DNA of 64,000 bases, taken from positions 9,640 to 73,639 of the forward strand of contig JAQGDQ010000980.1 of NCBI GenBank assembly GCA_030141605.1, read 5' to 3'. Positions within the stretch are counted from its first letter, which is position 1, and each line of letters opens with the position of its first letter. Shown here in pieces: positions 57,650-64,000 of this stretch. The notes beneath the pieces were generated by a model. The model made no database searches, had not been told where the DNA came from, and worked only from the letters and a program-made list of their open reading frames with translations. Position numbers and translations under genes: made by a program. The stretch comes from Tubiluchus corallicola (lineage: Eukaryota; Animalia; Priapulida).

Positions 57650-60555
57650 ATGGTAGCTTTTTCTGTCATTTTAACAGTTCTGTTTTCTTCAATGGTGGCT
57701 GCTAGAAATAGTAAAAATGAAGCAGCACCTGATGCACCTGCAGGTAAGAAAGTCTAAAGTTTTCTTATTGTCTGCTAAAATGATTCCAAACCCAACAGGT
57801 CTACCAGTAAGGAAGGACTTTTTTGGTTTTAAAGGAAAGAACAAGTCACTCAGTATGTTGAGTTTGTTTTCCTATTTGCACTTAAACTTAAAAAACATAG
57901 CAAAGAAATTGCAAAAACTGTCTGGAAAGCACAACACTAATTTATACTACCACTGTACAGAAATTTTCAGACGTGGTGGTAGCAAAAATTCGCATGAAAA
58001 TTGTGACGTAACTGGTGGAACTCGTAACCTTGGAAACGCATTGCACACTAAACAGGTGTTGTGCCTCTAAGTTGAGAATTGTTAGTTTGTGACGGACTGC
58101 ACACGTTCGGCAGCTCATCCGTGAGCACAGCGGTAAATTTGAAATTTTTATCTCAAAACATTCCTAGTTTTAGTACAACACACTGAATATCTCACAGTAG
58201 CACTGTACTTCAGTTTTCGCATTCGGAGACACGGGCAACATGCTCACGGAATATTATTTCTGTTGAAAATTATGTTGGTTTGTGATTTCATTTGGCCTGT
58301 GCTGCAGCTAATTAAGTATTTAATGTATCACTTAATTATCAGAAACGCTCTTGCAGTATCAATTGTTTTTAAATGTATACTTTTATTGGGCTTGAAAATG
58401 GGGTAGCGTATAAAAAATCATCCTGCCTTCCTTTAATGCTTTTAATTTACTATAGGATGCAGCGACCCACCATTGCCGTCAACATGTCGTTTAAACATCT
58501 TCTACGCTGATCGTGACTACTACTACTACTTCAATACAGATAAGGGCTATTGTGAATTATATGAGCCAGATTCTCCTGGATGTCCGAAGAGAAGTCTCCA
58601 TTTTGATTCAGCCTTGGAGTGCGTTCAGACCTGCAGAGGTAAGCTCCCCAGGTTATGTGGTTTGTTTGGTGCACGGTAGGTTTGGTACAGGTACGTTTCA
58701 CACAGGTAAGTTTGGTACAGGTAAGTTTGGTACAGGTGAGTCTAGTACAGGTAATTTTGGTACAGGTGAGTTTGGTGCAGGCAAGTTTGGTACAGGTAAT
58801 TTTGGTAAAGGTGAGTTTGGTACAGGTACGTTTCGTACAGGTAAGTTTGGTACAGGTGAGTCTAGTACAGGTAATTTTGGTAAAGGTGAGTTTGGCACAG
58901 GTAAGTTTGCTTAGTTTTAATACAACACACTGAATAAAGTACAGTAGCAGTCTACTTAAATTTTCGCTTTATAAAACACGTGCAACACGCTCGTGAAATA
59001 TTTTTGCTGTTGAAAATTATGTTAGTTTGTGATGTCATCGCCCGCCGTCAATTACGTTTTTATCTATTATTTAATTATCAAAAGCGCTTCTGCAATATTA
59101 GTCGTGTTGAAAATGGGGTTGTATATGAAAAATTATCCTGTCTTTCTTTAAGCACTTGGCAGAATAACTGTTTACATTGCAAGGTAACCAGATGACGCCA
59201 TTTTTCACCAAAACGAGCGCGCTTAAGCTTGAAGTGATTGCGATTTGAAATTGAAATTAGCAATTACACTAGGCGCTAACCACAATTTCACTGCTGAAAC
59301 TTTCTAATGTTTTTCTCAAATATTAGAATAAGCTCACTTTCTCGAGAGACTTGGCCTTTGCTTTAATGTGACGTTTTACCATTTGTTTCATTTTGCGTTT
59401 AGGAAAGGGAGTATGCAAAGACCCACTGCCAAGATTCATGTGTAGAATCTCTTCCCTAGAAGCCTGGCATTACAATCCGAAAACTAAGATTTGCGAGACG
59501 TTCCAGTTTGCAGCCTGTCCTGGAATTTACAATCAGTTCCCCACAAAGGAAGCATGTGACAAATTCTGTGGAGGTATGACCGAAATTTACATCTTCAAAT
59601 TTTAGTAGCAGAAATTATTAATAATGTCGAGTTTAAGGTACATTTTGACTCTGAAATGAAGACATAAAACTTAAGAAAACTAACAACAAGTACTTTTCCG
59701 GGCACATACACGGGTTCTTACTACTTCCAAACCCTTCAAATAGGAAAATCGAAATTTTGACTCTTGGTATGCATGCATCTAGCGTAGATGTCAACATTAA
59801 AAGCCGTATTTAATTTCACGAAGAAATTGTGAACAAACAGAGCTTTGAAATATTCGGGTGTAATGAAGTACACTCCTTAGTCGAGAAAACTCTCCGTTAC
59901 CGTGTCGGTAGTTCCCCCATTGAACTTGCCCACCGGATGTGATAGTGATTCAGCGTGCACCCGCAGGAGCAGCAGCAGCAGCAGCAGCAACAACAACAGC
60001 CACCACCTCTACCGCCGCCACCACCACCACCACCACCACCACCTCTACCACCACCACCACCACCACCATCAACACCACCACCACCACCACCACCACCATC
60101 AACACCACCACCACCACCACCACCACCATCAACACCACCACCACCACCACCAGCAGCAGCAGCAACAGCAACAACATTACATACAGCAATGATGGTGGTA
60201 GTTCTGGCAATTATGGTTTTGCTTAGTGGATTTGATAAACATCAAAAATGTAAATAATTCAGCGAATAAATAAAAATGAAAATAAAAATAAAACAGTGGG
60301 AAGTGGAATTAACTCTCACCATTCAATTAAAAAAAATTCAAGCTCACAATTGATAGAAATCCGACACTTTTTAAAGTGGTAGCTATATGATGGCACGAGT
60401 CAAACATCTTAATTTAAAATGTTGGTTTTACAGGTTCAGGTCCACGAGAGAAACGCAGCGGAGATCAAGGCTTTCTAAATGAAATAGAAGATATGATCAA
60501 AAAGCACGGAGATGATATAGAAAAGGTTCTCAAATTCGTTACAAAATACGAGTAG
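57650..60555 (+). CDS. Secreted two-domain Kunitz/BPTI-like protein, 189 aa, join(57650..57743,58456..58638,59403..59573,60434..60555)
   Basis: Signal peptide MVAFSVILTVLFSSMVAA; two phase 1-1 exons each with six Cys in Kunitz order (Y[YF]N....C..[FY]...C....F.....C...C); last exon GSGPREKR/SGDQ...KYE*; all introns GT-AG and in frame; AATAAA 60611. Confidence 0.88.
58681..58905 (+). repeat. 15-bp minisatellite (TTTGGTACAGGTAAG) x15 in Kunitz intron 2
   Basis: Direct reading. Confidence 0.93.
59968..60176. repeat. (CAG)/(CAA)/(CCA)n intronic microsatellite
   Basis: Direct reading. Confidence 0.93.
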
Positions 60556-60844
60556 TTCAAAATGGAGTAGGATACAAAAGATTATCTTGTTTACCTTTAA
60601 ACAGCTAAGAAATAAAATAGAAAATAATTTGATCGAATTTAGAATTTATTATTGGCATATACATTATATTACAGTGACATTATATTTTATTGACGATTTA
60701 CAAGCCATACAATTACAATTACAATTACAAGCTACAAAACATTACATAAACATTGCAATACATTACAATGAAGAAAAGAACTACACTGACGAAACCCCAC
60801 ACATGGGGTATAATCGTCAACACAACATACAGTAAAACACAGTG

Positions 60845-60877
<33 letters not shown>

Positions 60878-61054
60878 GTAATAGTAATAGTAATAGTAAT
60901 AGTAATAGTAATAGTAATAGTAATAGTAATAGTAATAGTAATAGTAATAGTAATAGTAATAGTAATCGTAATCGTAATCGTAATCGTAATCGTAATCGTA
61001 ATCGTAATCGTAATCGTAATCGTAATAATAGTAATAATAGTAATAATAGTAATA

Positions 61055-61120
<66 letters not shown>
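60845..61120. repeat. (ATA)n/(GTAATA)n/(GTAATC)n microsatellite
   Basis: Direct reading. Confidence 0.95.
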
Positions 61121-61121
<1 letters not shown>

Positions 61122-62051
61122 ATATATTATAATAATATTACAATGATATGCATACAGCAAAACAGCTACAACATGCGGAAGTACATAACAAAGCTATTAC
61201 ATTTTAGCTATAGTAGCCAAAAACACATTACAAATAACAAATATGTATATAATTTTAGTATAGATACAGTTAGTACTATTTACTCTTTTTAAACGTTTAA
61301 AACGCGATGGGCTGCCATTTTGGTTACATTACAGTTGTTACCCCCCAACCCCCATTGTGAATTTTAGCTTTTCGTTTTAGTTCAAGTTAATGAAATTTAG
61401 TACTGGCTCGTTGCTGAAATTAAGGGGGTACTGCTTCAAAAAAATTTTAGCCATTGTTTTAAAACTGTGTAAAACGTAACAAACTTGTGTAGTTTTAATG
61501 TTGTAGCTATATTTGAAGATCACGTGTTGATCCATCTCTCTTCTTAACTGCAACTTTCTCATGGAGAGACAATTGTGAAAAATTCAGCTGTTGTAGTTGA
61601 CTTAAATTCACACAACTTATTTCTTGGGTATGCAAGGCATCCTTTATTAAATAGTTTAAGTTTCAAGCGCACACGCTGAGTTTACATTTTATCAAAATGT
61701 GACGGTACACGGTAAACACATGGCAATTGTTACTGTGATAGACAGAATGCTTTTCTATCTAACAGCAGATGATAATGTACAGCGTGCTATCTCCGACACC
61801 ACGTTGCTGGGGCTGTGAAGCAAATTGTACTTCCCTCACGTGCTCCGGTTCCGCTCAAGTATAAAAAAGAACTAAAGAAAAAAGACTTATTATACTGAAT
61901 ATTATCGATACTAATGAGTGAAAATAGGGGGTGCTGCAGTACCACAGTACCTATACACGACCCACCACTGAAGAAATTGCTATTGATGATTGTTATATCA
62001 GAAAAGAAAGTTTGTCTTACCTGAAGAAGGAGCAATGAAACAAAAAATATG

Positions 62052-62558
62052 CCGTAAAACGGGGTGAGTTCGCCACCCGAGGGTGAATTCGCCACCCCTT
62101 ACGTAATGGCCATTGTAGGTTTGCTGTAACTATTGTTAAGTGTTTAATGAACAGATATCATGATCACCGTCATTATAAACAGTTTGCGACAGTTATTTTC
62201 TTTCAATTCGCACTAGAAGTATTCCATTCTGCGCTACATACTATTTGTCTACTGTTTCTTGCTACTTAACATGCCATGCACCTGCACCCCTGTACCGGGT
62301 CATAGATAACAAAATTATACCCCAGAAGCTCTGGAAGCTGCCCTACATGCCGTCAAGAATACCAACAGGACAATCAGCCCAGCGGCGAGGCAATTCGGAG
62401 TTCCAAGAAAGACCCTTTCTGACAAACTCTCAGGAAGTCATCCGCGGAAGGCCGCAATATAAAGCCTGAACTCAGAAAATCGGTTGGGTAATTCTCTTGC
62501 TATGGCAGGAAACGTAAAAAATACCCCTAAAAAGTGGCGAACTCACCCCGTTTTACGG
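62052..62558 (+). mobile_element. pogo-like DNA transposon deletion derivative with HTH_psq remnant
   Basis: Perfect 25-bp TIR CCGTAAAACGGGGTGAGTTCGCCAC; flanks TG and TA; frame from 62271 reads MPC..HR*QNYTPEALEAALHAVK..AARQFGVPRKTLSDKLSG (psq/CENP-B-type HTH) with a stop. Confidence 0.88.
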
Positions 62559-64000
62559 TATATCGAATGTGTATACTAGCAGCAGTTGCCTGTAGTATTT
62601 TAAGTACGAGTATCTTACTGGCTTTTGTCGATGCGTTAGTCGTATCCCAATGATGATACGAAAGAATATTACAAAACACAAATACAAACGTAAGAGAAAT
62701 AAAGCGAAACCAAGAACAAGGAGGAAGGATGATTTAAATAAATTCTATTTTTTAAACAAAATTATCACATTAAAAATAGTTTTTTTTAAACTCATTTTTG
62801 TTGCTCCTGTCGTTCGACAGCTCATGCGTGAGAACAGCGGTAAATTTGAAATTTGAATTTTTATCTTAAAACTTGCGTAGTTTTAGTACAAAACACTGAA
62901 TATCTTATAGTAGCACTGTACTGCACTTTTCGTTTTCGCAAACACGTGCAACACGCTCATGGAACATTTTTGCCGTTGAAAATTATGTTAGTTTGTGATG
63001 TCATAGTTGTGCTCGCCCGCCGTTAATTAGGATTGTAAATGGGGTAGTATATGAAAAATCATCCCGTCTTCCTTTAATAATATTACAGTTATTACTGTAT
63101 AAGTATTAACCCAAAAATTTATGTCTAACAGCTATTTCAACTGGCTAGATTCCGTATAGGACATGGAAATGGATACAAACACCAGTTTAACGTGTTGACC
63201 AAAGTTATTAAAATTTAGTTTAGTTTGCATTGAGTAGAAGAGAATTATTTGCATGATTATGTGTACGACTATAACTAAGAACTGATATAAAAATTATGTA
63301 GACTATATTGAAATTAATTAACAATAACTTATGTTGTTAGAGCCTTTGACAGTTACAAAGACAGGAATGAGAACTCCAAGTAGCCTTAAGAACAACAATG
63401 TCACAACAATAAATTCGTAAGAAATTTACAGTCATAATGTTCATCACAGTCAGAAAAATAGAGCAATGGCGGAGAGAACCAAAGGACAGGTAAAATGTCA
63501 TACAACTACTCCACCTGTAGCTCACGAAAGGCCAAAATGCTGATGTAATGAAAGATATTACTTTAAGAGAGTGACTACTATAAAAAGCTAATGCCCACTA
63601 AATCAGCTAACAGGTGGCAGCACCGTGGCAGTAATTGAAAACTAAATTAATGCCAAAAAAGGGTCTACGCACCCACTACACGCATCAATATTAGGCTAAT
63701 TATGCTTACTCCTTTTTTCCAACTTCAATTGTTAAGTAAAAATTCGCTCGCCATTCGGTAAAAATGGAACTATAATGAGTAACATAATTTCATTTATATT
63801 AATTATTCTTAATTTTTGTCAAATCCCTTTATTAAATTATCATTTCTCTTGTCTTCAGCAAAGTTACGTCATCGCGTGTCGGTCCTTAAAAACAACAGAT
63901 CCAAGTCCATCGTTCAATTTGCTCAATTTCAGTAATTTTAACGCTTCTGGTGCTGATGCCGAGCGTCTTAAAATCTCTTTGTTGGTTTTTCTCCTTTTGA

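Noticed and set aside
58513-58914. ORF with GKFGT pentapeptide repeats
   Set aside because: Different frame from the Kunitz exon and lies in the intron; a by-product of the 15-bp minisatellite.
59902-60257. Poly-His/poly-Pro/poly-Gln ORFs inside the Kunitz gene
   Set aside because: (CCA)/(CAG) microsatellite in intron 3 without convincing splice sites; exons 3 and 4 join in frame without it.

Overview
AT-rich, intron-containing animal (bilaterian invertebrate-like) genomic DNA, dense in microsatellites, minisatellites and non-autonomous transposons; most ORFs in the supplied track are simple-repeat artefacts. Genes reconstructed by eye from splice signals: (1) the 5' end of a tyrosine aminotransferase (TAT) gene on the minus strand (exon 414-632, probable first exon 13126-13153); (2) a co-oriented plus-strand set of small TATA-box genes for secreted proteins: a 243-aa Gly/Tyr-rich protein (25078-27183), two copies of a 135-aa acidic/Gly-Phe-rich precursor ending GRKRSAYYTY (34240-36641, 43267-45667) inside a ~9.06-kb tandem duplication, and a 189-aa two-Kunitz-domain protein with a furin site and C-terminal peptide (57650-60555). 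TEs include hAT, piggyBac, Harbinger, pogo and Kolobok-like MITEs, RTE LINE fragments and a solo LTR, several with visible target-site duplications. The best candidate for an undescribed system is the secretory cluster (possible cement/matrix/gland secretion). Smaller oddities include an intronic array of consensus splice donors and satellites apparently derived from or moved like TEs. All family calls are from motif recognition; no database search was run.
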